From: Pseudomonadota bacterium
Lineage (GTDB): Bacteria > Pseudomonadota > Gammaproteobacteria > Burkholderiales > JALYOK01
Direction of reading: 5' to 3'
NCBI GenBank assembly: GCA_031371465.1
Contig: JANMJR010000142.1
Span: 1 to 39,737 of the forward strand
DNA: 39,737 bases
Under the pieces are notes generated by a model. It saw nothing but the letters and a program-made list of their open reading frames with translations, made no database searches and was not told where the DNA came from. Position 1 is the first letter of the stretch, and each line of letters begins with the position of its first letter. This document shows, piece by piece, positions 26,781-35,582 of this stretch. Position numbers and translations under genes: made by a program.

Positions 26781-27452
26781 CTAAATTACATTTTGCAGTT
26801 CGTCAGCAACATCTTGGAGCGTTGAAACGATGCGATACGGCTGCGCGCCGAGCGCTTCCGGCGGCTGTTTATTGCGGTTGATCCAGAATGTGCGAAAGCC
26901 GAAATGGGCTGCGCCGGCAATATCCCAGCCATTCGAGGACACGAAACCAATCTCCTGCGCCGCGACGTCAAAGGTGTCGGGCGCTAGTTGATAAACGCTA
27001 CGATGAGGTTTGAAGATCTTTACGCTGTCGACGCTTAATAGGTGCGTAAAATCCGTGCCGAGATTCGCGTTTGCCACGACCTCGGATAGCATGCGTGGTG
27101 CGCCGTTGGAAAGAATAGCCAGCGGTAAGTGTCGGAGCCGCTTGAGCGCGGGCGCAACGTCGGGGTAGGGCGTGAGATGGAGATACGCATCCATTAATCG
27201 CGTGCGTTTTTCGCCAGTCAGTTGCAGGCCTTGCGATTCGCATGCAAATGCGAGGCCTGACTCGGTGACATGCCAAAAATCTTCATAGGCGCCGATCAAG
27301 CTGCGTAGCCAGGTGTATTCAAGTTGTTTGGTGCGCCAGAGCTGACTCAGGGCGGGGCCGCGACCGGGGAAAAACGCTTCACACAAGGCAATGACCGAAT
27401 GGACGTCGAATATCGTTCCATAGGCGTCGAAGGCGAGTGCTTTGATCGTCAT
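26781..27452 (-). CDS. Haloacid dehalogenase, type II (L-2-haloacid dehalogenase-like HAD hydrolase)
   Basis: The preferred start is MTIKALAFDAYGTIFDV at 27452. This contains the nucleophile Asp motif DxYGT typical of type II HAD. Also present are WRTKQLEYTWLRSL, the SNG motif (ILSNGAP), and the C-terminal FVSSNGWDIAGA. The track start at 27632 would overlap ilvE. Confidence 0.85.
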   Translation of the reverse strand: MTIKALAFDAYGTIFDVHSVIALCEAFFPGRGPALSQLWRTKQLEYTWLRSLIGAYEDFWHVTESGLAFACESQGLQLTGEKRTRLMDAYLHLTPYPDVAPALKRLRHLPLAILSNGAPRMLSEVVANANLGTDFTHLLSVDSVKIFKPHRSVYQLAPDTFDVAAQEIGFVSSNGWDIAGAAHFGFRTFWINRNKQPPEALGAQPYRIVSTLQDVADELQNVI

Positions 27453-27549
27453 AGTTTCCCTATCCTTGTGATCGCAAAGAGCGCAGCTGATAAAGGTAAC
27501 ATGAAAATCGGCTATAATTTTCCTTTTAATGTAATGCTGGAGTTTTACG

Positions 27550-28470
27550 ATGTCGATGGCAGACCGTGATGGCCTGATTTGGTACGATGGCAAGATGGTG
27601 CCGTGGCGCGATGCGACCACCCATGTTCTCACCCATTCGTTGCACTATGGCCTCTCGGTATTTGAAGGATTGCGCGCCTACAAGACAGCCCGGGGCACGG
27701 CGATCTTCCGTCTCAAGGAACATACGGATCGTCTTTTCAATTCCGCCCACATCTACATGATGAAGCTGCCCTGGGATCGCGCGACGTTGATGGATGCGCA
27801 GCGCCAAGTTGTGCGCGAAAACGAGTTGGAATCGTGTTATGTGCGGCCCATCGCGTTTTACGGTTCGGAAAAAATGGGCGTATCGCCCAAGGGGGCATCG
27901 GTTCACGTTGCGATCGCCGCCTGGCCATGGGGCGCCTATCTGGGCGCCGATGGCTTGGAGAAAGGAATCCGCGTAAAGACTTCGTCGTTCGCACGTCACC
28001 ACGTGAACGTCACCATGGCACGGGCGAAAATTGCATCGACCTACGCTAATTCCATTCTCGCCAACTTGGAAGCCACCGATCACGGTTACGATGAAGGTTT
28101 ATTGCTTGATGTGGATGGTTTTGTTGCCGAAGGTGCGGGCGAGAATTTGTTCATAGTCAAGGATGGTGCGGTGATTGAGCCGGAAATTGCTTCGGCGCTC
28201 ACCGGGATCACTCGCAATACCATCCATCGCCTGGCCAAAGATTTGGGCCTTGAACTTATGTCCAAGCGACTTACGCGAGACGACGTGTACATTGCCGACG
28301 AAGCGTTTTTCACCGGTACCGCCGCGGAAGTTACCCCGATTCGCGAGCTAGATGGCCGCGTGATCGGAGCGGGCAAACGTGGTCCAATCACAGAAAAATT
28401 GCAGACGGCATTTTTTGATATCGTTAACGGTCGCTCGGAAAAATACAACGATTGGCTTGCTTACATCTGA
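27550..28470 (+). CDS. ilvE: Branched-chain amino acid aminotransferase (fold type IV, ~306-aa bacterial type)
   Basis: MSMADRDGLIWYDGKMVPWRDATTHVLTHSLHYGLSVFEGLRAY is a canonical betaproteobacterial IlvE N-terminus. The product is full length. Confidence 0.93.
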   Translation: MSMADRDGLIWYDGKMVPWRDATTHVLTHSLHYGLSVFEGLRAYKTARGTAIFRLKEHTDRLFNSAHIYMMKLPWDRATLMDAQRQVVRENELESCYVRPIAFYGSEKMGVSPKGASVHVAIAAWPWGAYLGADGLEKGIRVKTSSFARHHVNVTMARAKIASTYANSILANLEATDHGYDEGLLLDVDGFVAEGAGENLFIVKDGAVIEPEIASALTGITRNTIHRLAKDLGLELMSKRLTRDDVYIADEAFFTGTAAEVTPIRELDGRVIGAGKRGPITEKLQTAFFDIVNGRSEKYNDWLAYI

Positions 28471-28664
28471 TGACGCACGCAAAACCCACTGAACTCAATC
28501 AAGGCTTCGTCTTCGTGGCGGCGGCGGATCTGCCGTTGCATTGTCCGCTGCCGTCGATGACGTTATGGAATACTCATCCACGGGTGTTTTTGCCGATTGA
28601 AACAACCGGCGAGGCGCTGTGCCCTTACTGCGGCACACGCTATAAGCTCGAACGCCGGACCTAG
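28470..28664 (+). CDS. Small zinc-finger (zf-CHCC-like) protein
   Basis: The ATG overlaps the ilvE stop (TGATG). LHCPLP...HPRVFLPIE..GEALCPYCGTRYKL gives a C-H...C-x2-C arrangement. It occupies the conserved ilvE-zf-waaF position that I recall from betaproteobacteria. Confidence 0.68.
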   Translation: MTHAKPTELNQGFVFVAAADLPLHCPLPSMTLWNTHPRVFLPIETTGEALCPYCGTRYKLERRT

Positions 28665-28765
28665 CATCTTGCGACGGTTGTTGCCTTAGCCGATCATTCT
28701 GAGGGGGCGCTACCCGTCCTTTCGAGTGACATTCGTTTAACCAGGGCGCTGGCGCCTTCATCCGG

Positions 28766-29785
28766 ATGACCAATAAACCGCTGGTTCGCATCTTAGTCGT
28801 CGCGCCGTCCTGGATCGGCGATACGATTTTCGCCCAACCCTTATTTCAGTTGTTGCATCGATATCACCAAGGCCTAACGCTTGATGTACTCGCGGCGCCC
28901 TATTTGCGGCCGGTACTCGAACACATGCCGCAGGTGCAGTCCATTATTGACAGTCCGTTCGCGCACGGTGAATTGCGCTTCGGCGAGCGGCGTCGCCTTG
29001 GTGTGACATTGCGTAATCAGGAATATGATCAAGCGATTGTATTGCCTAACTCGTTAAAATCCGCCTTAGCGCCTTTCCTGGCGAAGATTCCGCTACGCAC
29101 CGGTTACGTCGGTGAGATGCGTTTTGGATTGTTGAATGATGCGCGCCGCCTTGATGCAAGGCTGCTACCGACCATGGTCGATCGCTATGCATTTTTAGCG
29201 GCGCCGCGCGGGAAGTCGCTGGGTCTCCCGATACCCCGGCCCACACTGCAAGTCGCGTCGGCAGATTTGGACGCTGTTCTAAAAAAGTTTGGGCTCGAAA
29301 CTAATCGGCCGATCACGATATTCTGCCCCGGCGCGGAATATGGCCCGGCCCGGCGCTGGCCCACCGAACACTACGGCACGCTCGCGAAATCGTTTGTTGC
29401 TGAAGGTAAACAAGTCTGGTTACTTGGTTCATCGAAGGAGCGCGAGATTGCCGATGCAGTGCAACTAGCCAGCGGCGGCATATGTCGAAACTTGGCGGGC
29501 GAGACCCATTTGCTGGAAGCGATTCGCTTGCTCGCCGCGGCGAGTTGTGTGGTGAGTAACGATACCGGGTTATTGCACGTGGCTTCCGCTTTGAACCGCC
29601 CGGTTATCGCGCTGTACGGCTCCACAGCGCCGGGATTGGCGCCGCCTTATTCTGACCGGTCGCTGAGCATCAGTTTGAATTTGCCTTGCAGCCCGTGTCG
29701 TGAACGGATTTGTCCGCTCGGACATTTCAATTGCATGAATCAGTTGACGCCTGATCGTGTGGCCCAGGCGATTACTTCAATGTAA
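28766..29785 (+). CDS. waaF: ADP-heptose:LPS heptosyltransferase II
   Basis: VRILVVAPSWIGDTIFAQPLFQLL, the GT9 family motifs ...FCPGAEYGPARRWP..., and NDTGLLHVASALNRPVIALYGST are present. Confidence 0.9.
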   Translation: MTNKPLVRILVVAPSWIGDTIFAQPLFQLLHRYHQGLTLDVLAAPYLRPVLEHMPQVQSIIDSPFAHGELRFGERRRLGVTLRNQEYDQAIVLPNSLKSALAPFLAKIPLRTGYVGEMRFGLLNDARRLDARLLPTMVDRYAFLAAPRGKSLGLPIPRPTLQVASADLDAVLKKFGLETNRPITIFCPGAEYGPARRWPTEHYGTLAKSFVAEGKQVWLLGSSKEREIADAVQLASGGICRNLAGETHLLEAIRLLAAASCVVSNDTGLLHVASALNRPVIALYGSTAPGLAPPYSDRSLSISLNLPCSPCRERICPLGHFNCMNQLTPDRVAQAITSM

Positions 29786-30854
29786 CGACACGCGTCCAGC
29801 CGTAGGGATCGGGCGTATGCCCGTACTGAATAGCCGTCAGACCGTTGTACAGCGACTTCGAGACCGGCGCCGCCGCGCAATTCGCAACCTCGTAATCGCG
29901 ACCTTTATAGGCGAGCGTGCCAATCGGAACGACAACCGCTGCCGTGCCCATTGCGAATACTTCGGTAATGTTGCCGCTGGCGATGTCGCGCAAGACTTCG
30001 TCGACGTCCAAGCGCTCTTCACTGACGCTGTAACCCAAGTCGGGCGCTAGCCGCAGAATCGAATCGCGGGTGATGCCCGGTAGGATGCTACCGGAAAGCG
30101 CCGGCGTACGAATGTGTTTGCCCTCATATACAAAACCGATATTCATTGCGCCGACTTCTTCAATGTAGCGGCGCTCCAGCGCGTCGAGCCACAGCACCTG
30201 TTGATAGCCCCGCGCGCGCGCCTGTTCTATTGCATGCAGGCTGATGGCGTAGTTGGCGGTGGTCTTTGCTTCGCCGGTGCCGCCACGCACCGCGCGCACG
30301 TATTCGTGGGAGATCAACACCCGCACCGGCTTGGCGCCGCTTGGAAAATACGGGCTGGCCGGACTTAAGATTATGTAATGCAGAAAATTTTTGCTCGCCC
30401 GAACCTCAAGGGTAGGATCGGTCGCAATCATCACCGGCCGGATATACAGCGCCGATCCGGGCTGGCGGGGCATCCACGAGTGCTCCAGCTTAACCAATTC
30501 ACTGATGGCGTGAATGTGAAATTCCGGCTCGATCGTCGCCATAGATAGGCGCGCGGCGGAGCGATTGAAACGCGCGGCGTTTTGCTCCACACGAAACAGA
30601 TTGAACTGCCCGTCGGGGCGCGGATAGGCCTTCGTCCCCTCAAAAATCGCCTGACCGCAATGGAATACTTGGCCTGCCGGATCGATTGCAATCGGTTGAT
30701 AGGGGCCGATTGCAGCATCATGCCAACCCTGTTCCGGTGAATAGTGCTGAGTGAACATGCGATGGGTGAAATGGCGGCCAAAACCCAAGGTTTCGGGAAG
30801 GGGAGTGGGTGAACTCACCGCTAAGGGGTGGATGGCAATGAGCGGTGCGTTCAT
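29772..30854 (-). CDS. Branched-chain amino acid aminotransferase, long (~360-aa) subfamily
   Basis: LGFGRHFTHRMFTQHYSPEQGWHDAAIGPYQPIAIDPAGQVFHCGQAIFEGTKAY and ...GGTGEAKTTANYA... match the long-form BCAT found in eukaryotes and mycobacteria. It is a second paralogue to ilvE in this window. Its 3' end overlaps waaF by 14 nt. Confidence 0.88.
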   Translation of the reverse strand: MNAPLIAIHPLAVSSPTPLPETLGFGRHFTHRMFTQHYSPEQGWHDAAIGPYQPIAIDPAGQVFHCGQAIFEGTKAYPRPDGQFNLFRVEQNAARFNRSAARLSMATIEPEFHIHAISELVKLEHSWMPRQPGSALYIRPVMIATDPTLEVRASKNFLHYIILSPASPYFPSGAKPVRVLISHEYVRAVRGGTGEAKTTANYAISLHAIEQARARGYQQVLWLDALERRYIEEVGAMNIGFVYEGKHIRTPALSGSILPGITRDSILRLAPDLGYSVSEERLDVDEVLRDIASGNITEVFAMGTAAVVVPIGTLAYKGRDYEVANCAAAPVSKSLYNGLTAIQYGHTPDPYGWTRVVTLK

Positions 30855-30907
30855 GAGTGGTGTTTTCGGGATCTAAAGCGAAAGCCTACTGGAAAACCGC
30901 AATGCTG

Positions 30908-31843
30908 TCATTCCGAGGGAAGCGTGTTTTTCAAATAGGCCGACACAGTCGCTCGATTGGGCAACGGCGCGACGGCGCCGAAACCCGTGGTGGTGAGCGC
31001 CGCTGCGGCATTGGCAAAATGCAATGCGGTACTGAAATCATCACCATCGGCAAGGCGCGCGAGCAACGCGCCGGCGCAGCAATCTCCCGCCCCGGTCGCA
31101 TCTACGCTGTTCACAACGAGTCCCGGTACGGCATGCACTGCCAGGCCATCGCTCGCCAAGATGCCGTGCGCGCCAAGTTTCAGCACGACTCGTGTGGCGC
31201 CAAGGTCGCGGCACCAACGCAGAATGTCCATTCGATCCCTTGGCGCACCGATTAACTCGGCGTCCTCAAGACTGAGGAAGAAAATATCGCTAAGCGGAAT
31301 GGTCTTCACAATGGTTTCCCGCGCCTGTTCCGCGCACCACAGTCTGGGACGGATATTCGCGTCAAATGAAATTGCGACACCGGCGGAACGGGCAATTTCT
31401 ATTGCGGCAAACGTTGTCGCCCGCGCCGATTCGCTGATTGCCTGGGTGATGCCCGAAGTATGAAAAAATCGCGCGGAACGAATCAAGTCGGGTGGTAAAT
31501 CATCCGGTGTCATCCGGCTCGCAGCCGAATTTTTGCGCAGATAACTGAACACATGACCGCTCGCGCCGTGACTGATGAAATAAACGGCGGTGTGCGCTTT
31601 TCCATCAATACCCACGGCGGAGGCGTCGATATTTTCCTGTTGCCAAAGCGCTAGGAATTCACGGCCGAATTCATCGTCGCCTACACGCGTAATATAGGCC
31701 ACGCTCGCACCTTGCCGCGCAGCGGCAATGGCGCAGTTCATGGTGTCGCCGCCGAAGCCTTGCAAGTAGTGGCGGCGTTGATTGGGAACTTGGCTGAATT
31801 CGTACAATGGCTCGCCGAGGGCGGCGAGGTCAATGACTGGCAT
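30908..31843 (-). CDS. PfkB-family sugar kinase (2-dehydro-3-deoxygluconokinase-like)
   Basis: GGDTMNCAIAAARQG is the N-terminal GG motif, and VDATGAGDCCAGALLA is the PfkB C-terminal signature DxTGAGD. Confidence 0.85.
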   Translation of the reverse strand: MPVIDLAALGEPLYEFSQVPNQRRHYLQGFGGDTMNCAIAAARQGASVAYITRVGDDEFGREFLALWQQENIDASAVGIDGKAHTAVYFISHGASGHVFSYLRKNSAASRMTPDDLPPDLIRSARFFHTSGITQAISESARATTFAAIEIARSAGVAISFDANIRPRLWCAEQARETIVKTIPLSDIFFLSLEDAELIGAPRDRMDILRWCRDLGATRVVLKLGAHGILASDGLAVHAVPGLVVNSVDATGAGDCCAGALLARLADGDDFSTALHFANAAAALTTTGFGAVAPLPNRATVSAYLKNTLPSE

Positions 31844-31884
31844 GGTGCGAAGAAGTTTCGGACGTGGTGGAAAACGTCCGGATC

Positions 31885-33573
31885 TTATTTCTGACTAACT
31901 TCGCGTTTACCGACGACTTCAAACTCGATTCTATGCCAGCCTTCGCCCGAGCGCAGAACCGAATTCAGCTGGACGATGTAGCGCACGTTGCGCGCACTCA
32001 TCAGGATACGTTTCTTGCTTGCGTACAATGCGCCGTCGATGACCAGGCTATCGCGGCGTCCCGCTTGCTTATCGCCCGGAATGAATAATCCCCAGGAGGA
32101 GCGGCTTGTTTCCGCGTTTGACGCCGCAACATCTTCGTTGACGATGACGATTACCGGTGCGTGGGCAAAGATTTCCACGCCAGCAATGCTTTCGTCGGGA
32201 GATTTTTTGTTCTGCAAACGCGAAACGACACCTACAACCCAACGTTCACTACGCCGACGTTTCAAGCCCACCAACGCGCCGAGCTTGAGGTTGCGATATT
32301 CCGTACTAGGGAACGATACGCTATAGCCAGTAATGCTTTCGTCGGTTAGCTGCCATTGCTCCACCGCGGGAATCGGCTGGGTCGCGTCCAGCGGGCGCGA
32401 TCGCAATTTAGCGCGCGTGCGCTCAGTAATGAAGCCGTAAACCTGCAGATCCATTTCCTCATCGCGTGAAAGCCCGCGATTCAGATCGATCGGCCCGTGC
32501 GCTTTTTCGTAGTCCTGCCGGGCGCATTCGCACAGTCCGTTCAGGCCTCGAACGGCCTGAACCGTTTCGTGGTCGAGCGGAACACGCTTGTCACTGCGTT
32601 GTTCGCGGGCAACGGCTTCCGGCGACCAGAGCAATGACAAGCGATCGAGCAACAAGAGATACTCGGCGATCGGTTGTTTGGCGATGAAGCCCAGGCCAAA
32701 TTGGATTTCGCCCTCCCGCAGTCGGTCTTTCGTACGCCCGATTTCAATCGCCAAAAAATCGGTTTGCAGATAACGATTGTCTTCGTTGGTTTTCGCAGCG
32801 TGAGCGCGGCGCGCGCCCGTGGCGACATTGAGATTGGTTGCGTAGAAGTGTTTTTCCGGAACATAGCGGTGCTCAGGCGATCCGTGCACACTCCACGACG
32901 TGAGCCAATGATCGGATGTCTCGATTTGGGTCGGCGAGAATTTGCCGCCGCTTAAAGTGTCCAGCATCACCGTGCGCACGTAGAGGGCGCCCGGCGTGCT
33001 GGATATTTCGTAGGGTCGAGCGTAGAGTGCAAGCTTGGTGGCGAGCAGTCCATCTAGTTCGGCAAATTGATACACGCTATGGGCGGTAATCCATAGGTCG
33101 TCGTCCACGGCGTGCTGATGAAAGAAATTCCATTTGGCGCGATTGCCTAAACTATACAGCGCACGACCCATTACTAGCGCCATGAAATTTGCAATCTGCT
33201 TGGTGCTGGTGCGGGTTTCGTGATAGGTTCGAACGAAGCGTGCATAAGCACCGGCGAGCTCGCCGTAGATCGTTTCCATGTCGCGGCACAGCGCGTTAGT
33301 CGTCGCGCCATCGGTACTGGGATTTTTTAGGAAGTCACGGAGGATTTCGACCAACACCGGCTGGCAACCTTCGTCCAAGTGCAGCAATGTATTGACGCCA
33401 TCCACCGTCAGCAACTCAGGCGAGTGAGCGAACGTGCCCATCACGTGCAAGATGTGCGCGCGCGCAGCATCCAAGTTGTCGCGTGGCAGCGTTTCAAGCC
33501 AAGCGTTGGCTCGATCTAGATTTTGCAGCGGCGGGTTGGTGTACTGACCTACCTGATTAATCGGAGCAACCAT
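31885..33573 (-). CDS. Orphan 562-aa protein with a C-terminal PilZ-like (c-di-GMP binding) domain
   Basis: The large N-terminal region appears mostly helical and has no motif I recognise. The C-terminus carries RAKLR (aa 387-391) and DESITG (aa 411-416), which matches RxxxR-(20)-D/NxSxxG. Beta-rich sequence follows, ending GWHRIEFEV. The ORF has consistent coding character, and GGGAA precedes the ATG. Confidence 0.7.
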   Translation of the reverse strand: MVAPINQVGQYTNPPLQNLDRANAWLETLPRDNLDAARAHILHVMGTFAHSPELLTVDGVNTLLHLDEGCQPVLVEILRDFLKNPSTDGATTNALCRDMETIYGELAGAYARFVRTYHETRTSTKQIANFMALVMGRALYSLGNRAKWNFFHQHAVDDDLWITAHSVYQFAELDGLLATKLALYARPYEISSTPGALYVRTVMLDTLSGGKFSPTQIETSDHWLTSWSVHGSPEHRYVPEKHFYATNLNVATGARRAHAAKTNEDNRYLQTDFLAIEIGRTKDRLREGEIQFGLGFIAKQPIAEYLLLLDRLSLLWSPEAVAREQRSDKRVPLDHETVQAVRGLNGLCECARQDYEKAHGPIDLNRGLSRDEEMDLQVYGFITERTRAKLRSRPLDATQPIPAVEQWQLTDESITGYSVSFPSTEYRNLKLGALVGLKRRRSERWVVGVVSRLQNKKSPDESIAGVEIFAHAPVIVIVNEDVAASNAETSRSSWGLFIPGDKQAGRRDSLVIDGALYASKKRILMSARNVRYIVQLNSVLRSGEGWHRIEFEVVGKREVSQK

Positions 33574-33652
33574 ATTCGTTCCCAGGGCGTCGATTAGTTA
33601 AGTGTTACGAAACAGCGCGCGCGTATTCGTCTTGTTGTCGCCACTCGTCATG

Positions 33653-34141
33653 CTACTTACATTCCTTGCTGATTCGTTGTTCCAATTTTTCTTTTGAAGC
33701 AGCACGTTCTTTGTCGTCAAGAAACACGCGCTCACCTTTTTCGTTGTATCGCGCCAGACGAACGCCGTTGCTGTGTGCGCTCAAATCGCCGTGCAAATTA
33801 TTGCAGTAATCTTTATTTTTCTCAGCGGTTTCTGCCTCGGCCTGTTGCTTTTTCTGGGATTCTTCCTTCTCGGCCTTTCGTTTCCGGTACTCCAGTTCCT
33901 GATCCGCTGTTGACGCCGCCGGTTTGGCTGCCGTCGCGCCGGATTGCACCGACGGCGACTCAACTGTGTCCTTGCTGTGGCGTTTCAGTTTTTTCCCGTC
34001 GCCTGACGGCGGCGGTTGATCCGAGTACTGGATCTTGCCGTTCTTATCGACCCATTTGTAGACATCGGCGTTGACCGTGGCCCCGAACAACAGCAGCAGC
34101 GCGCCGCAAAGGGCAGTTTTGATCGAACTCAGAGATGTCAT
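33653..34141 (-). CDS. DUF4124-domain secreted protein with a Lys/Glu-rich middle region
   Basis: The preferred start is MTSLSSIKTALCGALLLLFGATVNA at 34141, which is a signal peptide. DVYKWVDKNGKIQYSDQPPP is the DUF4124 signature. The track start at 34318 would overlap the upstream gene. Confidence 0.75.
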   Translation of the reverse strand: MTSLSSIKTALCGALLLLFGATVNADVYKWVDKNGKIQYSDQPPPSGDGKKLKRHSKDTVESPSVQSGATAAKPAASTADQELEYRKRKAEKEESQKKQQAEAETAEKNKDYCNNLHGDLSAHSNGVRLARYNEKGERVFLDDKERAASKEKLEQRISKECK

Positions 34142-34143
34142 GA

Positions 34144-34455
34144 CTAGCACTCGCAAAATAACGGGTATTCGGTCTGCGCGATGCCGAGTTCGGCCAGTTC
34201 CCGCGCGAGATTGGCTTGTGCGGCCGCCGCCGGCAGCTTGTCGGCGGCGAGAAGTTTCTTCGCCAGAACCAATGCGTCGCTCGCGCTTGTCCACAGGGCG
34301 TGCCGTTCGGTTGCACATTTGACCGCCGCTTCTGCGTTCGCGACATCTGTGTTCGCCCTTTCAACATCGATCTCGACGCCATGGGCGCCTTGAGTAATCA
34401 GTTGCGCGAGTAGCGCAAGGGCGGGCAAACAAAATGTAAATGCGGTTGTCGTCAT
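34144..34455 (-). CDS. Small secreted hypothetical protein (103 aa)
   Basis: A signal-like N-terminus (MTTTAFTFCLPALALLAQLI) is followed by Ala-rich helical sequence. The gene is packed exactly between mog (stop at 34456) and the DUF4124 gene (start at 34141). I recognise no family. Confidence 0.5.
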   Translation of the reverse strand: MTTTAFTFCLPALALLAQLITQGAHGVEIDVERANTDVANAEAAVKCATERHALWTSASDALVLAKKLLAADKLPAAAAQANLARELAELGIAQTEYPLFCEC

Positions 34456-35016
34456 CTAGGTTTTCGCTCGAATGGCGGATTTCGGTCGGAAGGATTGGAT
34501 CAGCGCGTCACGGGTTTCAATGTAAGGGCCACCGATCAAATCCACGCAATAGGGTACCGCCGCGAAAATACCATCCAGAGTTTCCTTTATCGCCTTCGGT
34601 TGCCCTGGCATATTAATGATCAGCGTTTGCTTGCGGATGACCGCGACTTGGCGTGAGAGAATCGCCGTCGGCACGTATTTGAGATTATTCATGCGCATCG
34701 CCTCCCCGAATCCCTCCATCACACGATCGGCCACTGCCAAAGTTGCATCTGGCGTGACATCGCGTGGCGCCGGGCCGGTTCCACCGGTGGTTAGAACCAA
34801 CGCGCACTTCTCTTCATCGACAAAATTTTTCAGTGTCGCTTCGATCAATGGCTGCTCATCCGGAATCACTTTGGTGACGAAAACAATCGGGTTTAACAAT
34901 ACTTGCTCGGCCCACGTTTTCAGCGCGGGGATGCCTTCATCCTGATAAATGCCCTTGGAGGCGCGGTCGCTGACGGTCAATAGGCCGATCTTCAGCGCAT
35001 CGTACGCGGATGTCAT
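34456..35016 (-). CDS. mog: Molybdopterin adenylyltransferase
   Basis: LKIGLLTVSDRASKGIYQDEGIPAL...LVLTTGGTGPAPRDVTPDATLAVADR..GFGE.MR...VPTAILSRQVAVIRKQTLIINMPGQPKAIKETL is collinear with E. coli Mog. Confidence 0.92.
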   Translation of the reverse strand: MTSAYDALKIGLLTVSDRASKGIYQDEGIPALKTWAEQVLLNPIVFVTKVIPDEQPLIEATLKNFVDEEKCALVLTTGGTGPAPRDVTPDATLAVADRVMEGFGEAMRMNNLKYVPTAILSRQVAVIRKQTLIINMPGQPKAIKETLDGIFAAVPYCVDLIGGPYIETRDALIQSFRPKSAIRAKT

Positions 35017-35526
35017 TTAAGCCTGGTCCTCGGTTTTTTCATTAAGCCACGCCGATAGCACGCGGAATAACTCACGGAATGCCTTTGGCGGGCGTTTTTT
35101 CGCCGCTTCGTCGCGCGCATCGTGCACCAGTTGCTGTATCACCGTCAGATCCGCGTCCGGCCGTAAGGTTTCTAACTCAGTGCACGCCCGTGGGTCTTTC
35201 ATCAGTCGGTCACGCCAGCGTTCCGCGTGATGTAGCCGCGCGACTTCGCGTTTTGCCGGCTGTTTTATCCGGTCGAGTTTGGCGGCAATTGCGGCGCTGT
35301 CTACCTGACGCATGATTCGTCCGATATACTGCATCTGTCGACGTTTACCTTCGTGTCCCCGGGTTCGCCTCATTTCCCGAATTGCCGCGGCTAATTCCTC
35401 CGGCAGTTCGAGTCCTTTGAGTTGAATGTCGTTAAGCTCAACCAAGGCGGCGCCGATCGCTTGCATGCCCAGCATGGCTTTTTTTTTCGCGGTCTTGCTG
35501 GGCTGGTCTACAGGCGCCTGATCCAT
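35017..35526 (-). CDS. yjgA: Ribosome-associated protein YjgA/DarP (DUF615)
   Basis: PSKTAKKKAMLGMQAIGAALVEL....LELPEEL..AI.E.RR...HEGKRRQMQYIGRIMR is present. The gene is divergent from pmbA, as in E. coli. Confidence 0.85.
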   Translation of the reverse strand: MDQAPVDQPSKTAKKKAMLGMQAIGAALVELNDIQLKGLELPEELAAAIREMRRTRGHEGKRRQMQYIGRIMRQVDSAAIAAKLDRIKQPAKREVARLHHAERWRDRLMKDPRACTELETLRPDADLTVIQQLVHDARDEAAKKRPPKAFRELFRVLSAWLNEKTEDQA

Positions 35527-35582
35527 AGTTGGGCACTCAAAATATTATGATACCTCAAATGTTTATAGCAAAGAATTAATTC

